The notes under the pieces: generated by a model
What the model saw: the letters and a program-made list of their open reading frames with translations, nothing else
Database searches by the model: none
What the model was told of the DNA's origin: nothing
Origin: Zymomonas mobilis subsp. mobilis ATCC 10988
GTDB lineage: Bacteria > Pseudomonadota > Alphaproteobacteria > Sphingomonadales > Sphingomonadaceae
Direction of reading: 5' to 3'
Assembly (NCBI RefSeq): GCF_000175255.2
Contig: NC_017262.1
Location: forward strand, 630,001-662,000
Length of the DNA stretch: 32,000 bases
Translations under genes and position numbers: made by a program
Shown: positions 1 to 7,855 of the stretch, piece after piece
Numbering within the stretch: the first letter of the stretch is position 1
Layout of the letters: each line of letters starts with the position of its first letter

Positions 1-548
1 AATATTTTTTATTTTTTGGTGCAGTAGAGCCTAAAAAAAATATTGCTAGAATTATTGCTGCTCATAAAGAAAGTAAAACTAAACTACCATTAGTTCTTGT
101 TGTTTCACAAGGGTGGGGATGTGATGATGTATGGGAAGAAATAAATAATTACTCTAATGATGGATCAAGGCGTTGTATTGTAATCAAATATTTACAACGA
201 GATGATTTAATTAACATAATTTCGCATGCTAAAGCGCTCATTTTTCCTTCTTTATATGAAGGCTTTGGTTTACCAGCTCTCGAAGCTATGGCATTGGGAA
301 CCCCCGTGGTTGGGTCAACAGAAGGCAGTCTTCCAGAAATTATTGGCCAAGCTGGAATATTAGTAAATCCTTTAAGTGTCGAAGAATTGAAAAATGCTAT
401 AATACAGCTAGAATATAATCCAGAACTCACAAAAAAACTTATACAAGCAGGGAAAGATCGTGCGATCTTTTTCTCTAATAGCGCTTATTGTAAGCGTTTG
501 TCTTCTGCCTTAGACCTTTGCAGTGCGAAATTACATAAATTAAAATAA
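1..548 (+). CDS. Glycosyltransferase, GT-B fold ('group 1'/GT4-like), C-terminal part; 5' end lies outside the window
   Basis: The frame is open from the window edge (codon phase from nt 3) to TAA at 546-548. The translation ...HAKALIFPSLYEGFGLPALEAMALGTPVVGSTEGSLPEIIGQAGILVNP... carries the E-x7-E type C-terminal signature of group-1 glycosyltransferases. Track ORF 288..548 is only the tail from an internal Met. Confidence 0.85.
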   Translation, partial: YFLFFGAVEPKKNIARIIAAHKESKTKLPLVLVVSQGWGCDDVWEEINNYSNDGSRRCIVIKYLQRDDLINIISHAKALIFPSLYEGFGLPALEAMALGTPVVGSTEGSLPEIIGQAGILVNPLSVEELKNAIIQLEYNPELTKKLIQAGKDRAIFFSNSAYCKRLSSALDLCSAKLHKLK

Positions 549-596
549 AATAACATTAAAATTCAAAACTATTCATACAATAGAAAGGATTGTTTA

Positions 597-1580
597 ATGC
601 GCTATCTTGTCACTGGCGGCGCAGGTTTTGTTGGAAGCCATACTGTTTTGGCTCTTCTAGATGCTGGCCACGAAGTTGTTGTTCTTGATAATTTAAGTAC
701 TGGACACATCCAAGCTGTTCCTAAAAGTGTTGAATTTCATCATGTTGATTTACTAGACAAAACAGCCATAGCAAACGTAATCGCTAACCGTGCATGGGAT
801 GGAGTTTTTCATTTTGCGGCACTTTCTCAAGTCGCAGAAAGCATGAGAAAACCATTAAAATACTTTTACCATAATTATCTTACAGCTTTTAATCTTATTC
901 AGACTTGTATTGAAAATAACATAAATAAGCTGGTATTCTCTTCTACAGCTGCATTATTCGGGGGAGAGAATAGAGTTGATCCAATCTCCGAAACTGATCT
1001 CATTCAGCCAGGATCGCCATATGGCGAGAGTAAATACATGATCGAACGGATTCTATATTGGGCTGATAGAATATATCATTTGCACAGTGCATGTTTACGA
1101 TATTTTAATGCAGCTGGGGCAGATCACTTAGGGCGAGCTGGAGAAGATCATCGACCAGAAACACATCTTATTCCTTTAACAATAGATTCGGCTTTAGGAC
1201 GGCGACCTACATTAAAATTATTCGGAACTGACTATCCAACCCGAGACGGATCTTGTATCCGCGATTATGTTCATGTTTCTGATCTTGCAAACGCCCATTT
1301 ACGCGCAATTGATCAAATCAATGATCGGAGCGTTGTATATAACGTTGGGAATGGACAAGGATATTCTAATTTAGAAGTTATAGAGTCTGTCGAACGAGTA
1401 AGTGGTCAAAAAGTTTCATGGGAACCAGCCCCACGTCGACAAGGTGATCCTGCAGTATTAGTAGCAGATTCTACAGCTCTGCAAAAAGATACTGGCTGGA
1501 TGACAAATTTTGGCAGTATCGACAAAATTGTTGAAACAGCCTTATTATGGCGTGAAAAACATCCACAAGGATATATTTAA
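597..1580 (+). CDS. galE: UDP-glucose (or UDP-hexose/HexNAc) 4-epimerase, extended SDR family
   Basis: 327 aa. It has the N-terminal Rossmann motif VTGGAGFVGSH, the catalytic YGESK (YxxxK), LRYFNAAGA, and GalE-like length and order of motifs. AAAGGA lies upstream of the ATG. Confidence 0.85.
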   Translation: MRYLVTGGAGFVGSHTVLALLDAGHEVVVLDNLSTGHIQAVPKSVEFHHVDLLDKTAIANVIANRAWDGVFHFAALSQVAESMRKPLKYFYHNYLTAFNLIQTCIENNINKLVFSSTAALFGGENRVDPISETDLIQPGSPYGESKYMIERILYWADRIYHLHSACLRYFNAAGADHLGRAGEDHRPETHLIPLTIDSALGRRPTLKLFGTDYPTRDGSCIRDYVHVSDLANAHLRAIDQINDRSVVYNVGNGQGYSNLEVIESVERVSGQKVSWEPAPRRQGDPAVLVADSTALQKDTGWMTNFGSIDKIVETALLWREKHPQGYI

Positions 1581-1666
1581 GATAAATCTTATAATAAATT
1601 ATAATAGTATTAATTTTTACAACAATTGATGGATTCTATTGTCATCAATAAAGGTATCTTTTAAAA

Positions 1667-1948
1667 ATGAGCGATCTAAAAGAAAAATTAGATTTTTCAA
1701 TATATCGAGATAAAAATACGCCTACATTGTTAGCGTATAAAGATTTAGAAAATTCTTTTATTACTTTTTACCAAAGAAATCTTCGACTAAAAAGTTCTCT
1801 TTCGTGGAAAATTACTTTCCCAATAAGAAGAATTCGTCAGTTTGTCTATCGCTGGAGAGATCGTTTCAGTAAATTATTTTTAGCCTTCCAGCATAATTGT
1901 ATTATAATAGGTTGCAAAAAAAAAAGTTATCTCGCTTTCGTGGGCTAA
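1667..1948 (+). CDS. Probable N-terminal fragment (93 codons) of the downstream GT2 gene, separated from it by a frame break in an A10 run
   Basis: ATG-initiated ORF in frame 2. It contains SLSWKITFPIRR, a motif I recall from N-termini of large polysaccharide GT2 enzymes. It ends 21 nt after the A10 tract, while frame 1 is open across the same tract. Confidence 0.5.
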   Translation: MSDLKEKLDFSIYRDKNTPTLLAYKDLENSFITFYQRNLRLKSSLSWKITFPIRRIRQFVYRWRDRFSKLFLAFQHNCIIIGCKKKSYLAFVG

Positions 1949-3852
1949 CTAAAATTGATTTAGCTTACCATAATTGGCGACAAAATAATCCATTGCCTCG
2001 GCTAAAAGACAAAGAGATTGTACCATTACGGATACTAGCCCTTCTTAGTCCAAATGTAATTCAATCTCCTGATTATTTTGATTGTATAGCTAGTTTACAG
2101 TCTCAGCGAGGTTGTACAGTTGAGACTGTATCTTTGCCTCTTTCTCAATTTTCTGTAGTTTCTGAACCATATGATGTCGTTTTTTGGATACGAATGGCAA
2201 CGATTTTTGAAGAGGATTATGGACAAATTGCATATCAAAAATTATCTGAAGGATACAGTTTATTTTACGCAGACCATGATACAAAGCTTAGCTCTATTCT
2301 GCATGAATGCCCATTTTTTAAACCTGATTTTTCTCCAGAACTTCTTAATACGGTAGATTATCTTGCAGCAGGTTGCGCCTTTAGGCCTTATTGGATGGAC
2401 GGCCAAATTAACATAGATGATAATTTCATTTACGAAAAAATTAAGCATTTATCTCGCGCTAAAGTTAAACATTTACCATTATGCCTAAGTCACCTTACCT
2501 GCCCCAACACAGATCAATTTTTTCCACCACAATCTCCAATTAAGTTTTCAATAAATGAATTTATAAAAGACAAAAAAATTACTATTATTATACCTACTGC
2601 TTTTTATGGATCTTATTTGAAAAATCTATTGAAGAGTCTGCATTTAACAACAAAAGAATTTTCTAATAAAATAGAAATTGTAATCATCACCAATTGTAGT
2701 CCATCGAAATCTGAAGAATTTTTGAAAAATTGCCCGATACGACATAAAGTAATTTATTATAAAAATGATTTTAATTACTCTGGTGTTAATAATAAAGCCG
2801 TTCGTGAAACTGATGGCGAAATACTAATTTTTCTTAATGATGACATTGAATTACAGGATTCTCATTGGCTTCCCGATATGCTTATGCTTCTTCAGCGGCC
2901 AAAATCTGGAGCAGTAGGAAGTTTACTACGTTATCCTGATAACACTATACAACATGCAGGATGCCTAATTGGTATGAATGGAGGAGTCGGGCATATCGGT
3001 GTCGGACTTCCCGTAGATTCAAATACTTACCATGGAATTATAACAGCCCAAAGAGAAGTATCTGCAGTTACTGGAGCTTGTCTAGCTATACGTCGAGATG
3101 TTTTCTTAGAAGTTGGTATGTTCGACGAAAATTTACCGTTTTCTTTCAACGACATTGCTCTTTGTCTACAGTTAAAAGATTTAGGCTATACTAACTATAT
3201 TACAACCCGTAGTCACATTATTCATCATGAGTCTCGCTCCCGTGGTTATGATACGACAGCGCATAAATATCAAACTAACCGCGAATACTTTTTATATGCC
3301 CGTTCTAAATATCCTAGTTTAAGAGAATCTGACCCTTATTATAATCCGAATCTTGATCTTTCATCTGTTTATATGGGATATGCATCACTTTCTGAAATGC
3401 AACGGAAACATTTTCTGTATCCTAGAACTCAAGGTTGTTTAGTGATCATTGCACAAAGAATGGATTATGATCAATCCGCCCCTATTATTCTCGATACATT
3501 AGCACAACTAGTTTCTTGCGGAAAAACGCGAGTGGTCATTGCCGGCGAGAATGAAACATATTTTTCACGGAAGTGTCATGATATGTTAAGTCCATCCTCT
3601 GTTCTAATTAAATCTATTAATAATTTACAAAACATTCTATTGAATGCGCCAGAATATACGTTACTTCTTGATTTAAATTTACTAGAATTAACAGATGGAT
3701 TGCCATCTTCTTTACCAGTAATTATTTTTTACATCCAAAATAAAAAAATTTTTTTTATAGATTATTTTGGGCGCCGCACATTACAATGGCAATCATTAAA
3801 TATACAAGATATAAATCTAAATAGTCTAGTATTCCCTGATAAGGGTTTTTAA
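1897..3852 (+). CDS. Large multidomain family-2 glycosyltransferase (GT-A fold); the 5' end is uncertain and is probably continuous with ORF 1667..1948
   Basis: The central domain has GT2 hallmarks: ITIIIPTAFYGSYLKNLL..., IEIVIITNCS, LIFLNDDIEL (DxD-like), and HHESRSRG near its end. The track start is a TTG with no Shine-Dalgarno, and the first in-frame ATG is about codon 100. Confidence 0.8.
   Translation: MYYNRLQKKKLSRFRGLTKIDLAYHNWRQNNPLPRLKDKEIVPLRILALLSPNVIQSPDYFDCIASLQSQRGCTVETVSLPLSQFSVVSEPYDVVFWIRMATIFEEDYGQIAYQKLSEGYSLFYADHDTKLSSILHECPFFKPDFSPELLNTVDYLAAGCAFRPYWMDGQINIDDNFIYEKIKHLSRAKVKHLPLCLSHLTCPNTDQFFPPQSPIKFSINEFIKDKKITIIIPTAFYGSYLKNLLKSLHLTTKEFSNKIEIVIITNCSPSKSEEFLKNCPIRHKVIYYKNDFNYSGVNNKAVRETDGEILIFLNDDIELQDSHWLPDMLMLLQRPKSGAVGSLLRYPDNTIQHAGCLIGMNGGVGHIGVGLPVDSNTYHGIITAQREVSAVTGACLAIRRDVFLEVGMFDENLPFSFNDIALCLQLKDLGYTNYITTRSHIIHHESRSRGYDTTAHKYQTNREYFLYARSKYPSLRESDPYYNPNLDLSSVYMGYASLSEMQRKHFLYPRTQGCLVIIAQRMDYDQSAPIILDTLAQLVSCGKTRVVIAGENETYFSRKCHDMLSPSSVLIKSINNLQNILLNAPEYTLLLDLNLLELTDGLPSSLPVIIFYIQNKKIFFIDYFGRRTLQWQSLNIQDINLNSLVFPDKGF
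1916..1925 (+). repeat. Homopolymeric A10 tract at the junction of two overlapping reading frames
   Basis: Direct read: ggt tgc AAA AAA AAA Agt. It is the longest homopolymer I noticed in the window. Both frame 2 (upstream ORF) and frame 1 (downstream ORF) are open through it. Confidence 0.95.
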
Positions 3853-3938
3853 ATATTTAAGTATTGTAAAATTTTTATAATCATGTAAGAAGCCTCATAT
3901 CTAGTGAATGCTTATTTCATCAAAGAGTAAAATCAATA

Positions 3939-5483
3939 ATGAATAATCATGAAATAAAAATTTCGTTTATTGTTCCGGCGTATAATGTAAAAAGCTACCT
4001 TGGAAAATGTTTAACCTCACTACAACAGCAATCTCTCGATAACTTTGAGATTATTGTAGTCGAGGACTGTTCAACAGATGGCACCTTATCCAAAGCGCGG
4101 CAATACGCAAGAAAAGATCCAAGAATTCAAATCATTTGTCACAAAGAAAATCAGGGTCTAGGTCCTGCTCGCAATACAGGTATGGAATATGCGCGTGGGA
4201 AATATATCTGTTTCGTTGATTCCGATGATTGGGTTGACCCTGGTTATGGTGAAGCCTTTTATCTAGAGGCAGAGCGCACCTCTGCAGATATGGTAGTTGG
4301 GACGTTTTATGCTGTGTTCTCACAAGGCGCACGTATAGTTTCACATTTTGTTGATCCTGCAGTACGTTATGCATCGCTTCCATTTGATGCACAGACTTGT
4401 CCTGCTGTGTTATCTATGCCGACTCCAGTTTGGGATAAATGTTATAGGCGAGAATTTTTAAAAAATTATAACATTCGTTTCCCAGCTTTAATTGGAGAAG
4501 ATATCCCTTTTCAATGGGAAGCAATGACACAAGCAAAACGTATATCAGTCGTTGGAGAGCCCTTTTATTATTACCGTATCAGAGATACTAAGAAAAATCG
4601 TTCTCTTACTGCTGGACGTGATATTTTTGCAGATGTCTTTTTGGCTCAAGAAAAAGCCTTAGCTTTTTTGAATGATAGTGGTCATTATGAAAAGCTTAAG
4701 AGCATTTGGTGGGAGCGTATGATTAAAGAGCTTCTCCATTTAACTGACAAGTCTGGTGACACGCTGGTTTCAGACAATTTTGTAGCTAAAGTATTTCATA
4801 CAATGTTGCGAAAATCTTTAGAACCAGTAGATTTTTCTTCTCTTAATCGTGCATATATACCAGAACATGTTCTGTTTATGGCTATGTTTGCGCAAAAATG
4901 CTCCTCATGGAAAGAATTCCAAGAATTGGTAGCTCGATCTCATCCCAGCAATCATCAACCACGTCCTCGATTTATAGGTCTAAATAAACTGCAAATGGTG
5001 TTGACTAGGTATGATCTTGATGTAGATGAAAACAAAATATCTCATCAATTAAAAATTTCTAATCATAATATTAGCATGCCTTATTATCCAGATCTTCTAG
5101 ATTATAAAGCTATTATATATGAAAACAATCGCATTATAATTTTACCCCCAGCTCATGATCCCAACATGGAACCAGCGCGAATTAATATTAACTTTGAAGG
5201 CCATGGATGCTCTAAAATTTGGTACTTCCTCTCATGCTATCAAGAAGGTCGATCTTCTGAACTTTGCATCAGCCAGATTCTTCTAGATAAGAACAAAAGA
5301 ATACTTATAGATAAAAAAACAATTCTTCATATTGGAGAAAAAATAGTTCTTTCTTTTTTAGAAATTCCTAAAGATATTTCATTCAATGAATGTAGTTTTG
5401 AATTTTCTGTAAAATGTCTTTCTGGTTTTCCTGCATGGGAATCAGATGTAACTATTTCAAATTTTTATGGGGAAGGTTTATGA
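3939..5483 (+). CDS. Family-2 glycosyltransferase with an unassigned C-terminal domain of about 185 aa
   Basis: N-terminus ISFIVPAYNVKSYLGKCLTSLQQQSLDNFEIIVVEDCSTDGT...FVDSDDW is a classic GT2 (GT-A, DxD) signature. Residues from about 330 to 514 match no family I recognise. Confidence 0.85.
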   Translation: MNNHEIKISFIVPAYNVKSYLGKCLTSLQQQSLDNFEIIVVEDCSTDGTLSKARQYARKDPRIQIICHKENQGLGPARNTGMEYARGKYICFVDSDDWVDPGYGEAFYLEAERTSADMVVGTFYAVFSQGARIVSHFVDPAVRYASLPFDAQTCPAVLSMPTPVWDKCYRREFLKNYNIRFPALIGEDIPFQWEAMTQAKRISVVGEPFYYYRIRDTKKNRSLTAGRDIFADVFLAQEKALAFLNDSGHYEKLKSIWWERMIKELLHLTDKSGDTLVSDNFVAKVFHTMLRKSLEPVDFSSLNRAYIPEHVLFMAMFAQKCSSWKEFQELVARSHPSNHQPRPRFIGLNKLQMVLTRYDLDVDENKISHQLKISNHNISMPYYPDLLDYKAIIYENNRIIILPPAHDPNMEPARININFEGHGCSKIWYFLSCYQEGRSSELCISQILLDKNKRILIDKKTILHIGEKIVLSFLEIPKDISFNECSFEFSVKCLSGFPAWESDVTISNFYGEGL

Positions 5484-6400
5484 AAAAACGTGTCCAAATC
5501 TACTTGTGCACAAATGGCTTTTTTGATCTTCCTAAAAAAGCGCCTTTTATTCCTATTCAAGGCGGAGCAGCTATAAATCAGCGCCTCCCGGGCGTTATAG
5601 GGGATGATACTGGTGAAAATATTTCAAAACTGAACCCAATGTTTTGTGAAATGACTGCTATGTATTGGGCGTGGAAAAATGCGCCAAAAACAGATTATAT
5701 CGGTTTTTTTCATTACCGAAGATTATTTAATTTTGGCCGTCCACCTGCTCCTGAACGACATTGGTCCGAACGTATTTTTTCTGATTTCAAACCTGAAACT
5801 ATGAAAAGGTTTGGTTGGGATTATGAAACTATTTTAAATACTATCGATGGTGCTGACATTATTTTACCTCATATTGAAGATGTTCAACGCCCACCATTAT
5901 GGGATCAACCTGGAACGCTTTACGAGCATTACCGGAACTGCCATGTTTCCCGAGATATCAACCTTACAATAAAAGTAATAAAAGATCTGTACCCAGAAGA
6001 TACTCTGTTAACTGATAAAGTCATGAATTCAACACATGGGTATTTCTGTCATATGTTTATTATGAAATGGGATATATTTCAAGAATATATGAAATGGGTC
6101 TTTGATATTACTTTATCTGTTACGGATAAAATTGATTTAAATGCGCCTATATACAAATACAACCCTCAGGAACGTCGAGTATCTGGTTTTATCGGTGAAC
6201 GTATTATTAATATTTTTGTTGAAAAAAAACGTCGACAAGGTGCAAAAATTATGGAGATGGAGCGAATTTTAGGGAATCTCCCTAAAGAAGGATTTCTTCA
6301 ATCTAAGGGAGAAAATCGTAAAAAATTCTTTATAAAGAAGCTTAATCGAGCGATAACAATGCGTTTAGGTAATCATCAGTTTACCCTAGGTGCAGGATAA
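5480..6400 (+). CDS. DUF4422-type putative glycosyltransferase (candidate galactofuranosyltransferase)
   Basis: MKKRVQIYLCTN...IPIQGGAA...GDDTGENISKLNPMFCEMTAMYWAWKN...DYIGFFHYRRLF matches my recollection of the DUF4422 (PF14393) N-terminal pattern. ATG 5480 overlaps the upstream TGA (ATGA) and is preceded by GGGGAAGG. The track's 5414 start would only add an overlapping leader. Confidence 0.75.
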   Translation: MKKRVQIYLCTNGFFDLPKKAPFIPIQGGAAINQRLPGVIGDDTGENISKLNPMFCEMTAMYWAWKNAPKTDYIGFFHYRRLFNFGRPPAPERHWSERIFSDFKPETMKRFGWDYETILNTIDGADIILPHIEDVQRPPLWDQPGTLYEHYRNCHVSRDINLTIKVIKDLYPEDTLLTDKVMNSTHGYFCHMFIMKWDIFQEYMKWVFDITLSVTDKIDLNAPIYKYNPQERRVSGFIGERIINIFVEKKRRQGAKIMEMERILGNLPKEGFLQSKGENRKKFFIKKLNRAITMRLGNHQFTLGAG

Positions 6401-6513
6401 TATTTTTTGGGAATTACATTAATATTCATAGTATATATTTAATTTTTTAAAAAAATACTTGTATATAATATAATAATTTTTAAATTTTAGTTTTCCACTT
6501 ATAAGGAAGAATT

Positions 6514-7659
6514 ATGCGATTTTGTGTTGTTGGGGCTGGCTTTAGTGGAGCAATAATAGCTCGCCATTTGTCAGACAAAGGATACAAAGTACTTTTACTA
6601 GATGAAAGAAAACATATTGCAGGCAACTGCCATACAGAACGAGATACATCTACTGGTATCATGGTACATCGCTATGGCCCTCATATTTTTCATACCGCAG
6701 ATAAGCGTGTATGGGATTATGTGCAACAATTCGGTAAATTTAGACCATACATTAATCGAGTAAAAGCAGTTTCAAAAAATTGTGTATATACACTTCCAGT
6801 TAATTTATTGACAATCAATCAATTTTTTAAGACAACATTTTCACCAAAAGAAGCACGCCTTTTCATTGAACAAAATGCTAATAAATTAATTATTGATCCC
6901 CAAACTTTTGAAGAGCAAGCCTTATCAATGATTGGCTCTGATCTTTATAAGGCATTTTTTGAAGGCTATACAAAAAAACAATGGGGAATAGATCCAAAAA
7001 ACCTTCCTTCTTCAATCCTAAAGCGTTTGCCATTACGATTTAATTATGATGATAACTATTTTAATCATCCTTATCAAGGAATGCCAGAAAACGGCTATAC
7101 AGCTATAATTGAAAATATTTTGAAATCAAAAAATATAGAAATTTGTCTACAAACAAAATTTGAAGATATCGAAGAAAATTTTTCTCACATTTTTTATACA
7201 GGCCCTATTGATCGATATTTCAAATTTTCACTTGGACACTTAGGGTATCGTACACTTGATTTTATACGTATAGATGCAGAGGGAGATTACCAAGGAACAG
7301 CAGTAATTAATTACTGTGATTATGATATTCCATTTACCCGGATTTCAGAACATAAGCACTTTGCACCTTGGGAAGCGGATAATTTTAAAAATACTGTAGC
7401 ATTTAAAGAATATAGTCGACTAGCTGGGAAAGAAGATACTCCGTATTATCCAATTAGGCTTGTTGGAGAAAAAAAATTACTTGAAAATTATGTAGAATTA
7501 GCAAAAAATACATCAAATGTTTCTTTCCTAGGCCGTCTTGGTACGTATCGTTATCTTGATATGGATGTAACTATTTCTGAAGCACTTAATGTATGTGACC
7601 AAATTGATAAATCTTTAGGCATATCAGAACTGCCATCATTTTTTGTTGATCCATTATAG
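6514..7659 (+). CDS. glf: UDP-galactopyranose mutase
   Basis: 381 aa. It has the FAD-binding VVGAGFSGA motif, then HIAGNCHT...VHRYGPHIFHT, EQALSMIGSDLYKAFFEGYTKKQWG, RISEHKHF and PYYPI, all in the order of E. coli Glf as I remember it. AAGGAAG lies 7 nt before the ATG. Confidence 0.9.
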   Translation: MRFCVVGAGFSGAIIARHLSDKGYKVLLLDERKHIAGNCHTERDTSTGIMVHRYGPHIFHTADKRVWDYVQQFGKFRPYINRVKAVSKNCVYTLPVNLLTINQFFKTTFSPKEARLFIEQNANKLIIDPQTFEEQALSMIGSDLYKAFFEGYTKKQWGIDPKNLPSSILKRLPLRFNYDDNYFNHPYQGMPENGYTAIIENILKSKNIEICLQTKFEDIEENFSHIFYTGPIDRYFKFSLGHLGYRTLDFIRIDAEGDYQGTAVINYCDYDIPFTRISEHKHFAPWEADNFKNTVAFKEYSRLAGKEDTPYYPIRLVGEKKLLENYVELAKNTSNVSFLGRLGTYRYLDMDVTISEALNVCDQIDKSLGISELPSFFVDPL

Positions 7660-7855
7660 TTGATCATTAAAAGGTAAGGTTTTATTATTTTTTAAATTTA
7701 ATCAGCTGATATTATTACGTCAATAGCTATCCACCGTATAACTTAAAGCAATTTTCTCTGGACCTTGTCTGTTCCAAAATAGGAAAAAACAAAATCAGCT
7801 CCAACGAAAGATTACTTTATCCCAAAATGATATTATTTACTTTATCGAAAGCAGC

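Noticed and set aside
3742-3756. A7T8 tract inside the 651-aa GT2 as a second frameshift site
   Set aside because: The reading frame is continuous through it (Q-N-K-K-I-F-F-I-D), and no alternative frame is open on either side. I noted it only as a potentially slippage-prone site.
5414-5479. Longer N-terminus for the DUF4422 gene (track start 5414)
   Set aside because: It would overlap the preceding GT2 by 70 nt and add a non-homologous, odd peptide (MSFWFSCMGIRCNYFKFLWGRF). ATG 5480 has an SD and the classic ATGA coupling, and it gives a family-typical N-terminus.
6480-6662. 60-aa minus-strand ORF overlapping the glf start
   Set aside because: It is antisense to the well-supported FAD-binding N-terminus of Glf and has no signals of its own.
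7660-7855. Mobile-element boundary (integrase, IS inverted repeats, tRNA fragment, att site) at the edge of the AT-rich block
   Set aside because: No ORF of 60 aa or more lies here, and I saw no tRNA-like sequence and no terminal inverted repeats. Only a short direct repeat is present, reported separately at low interest.
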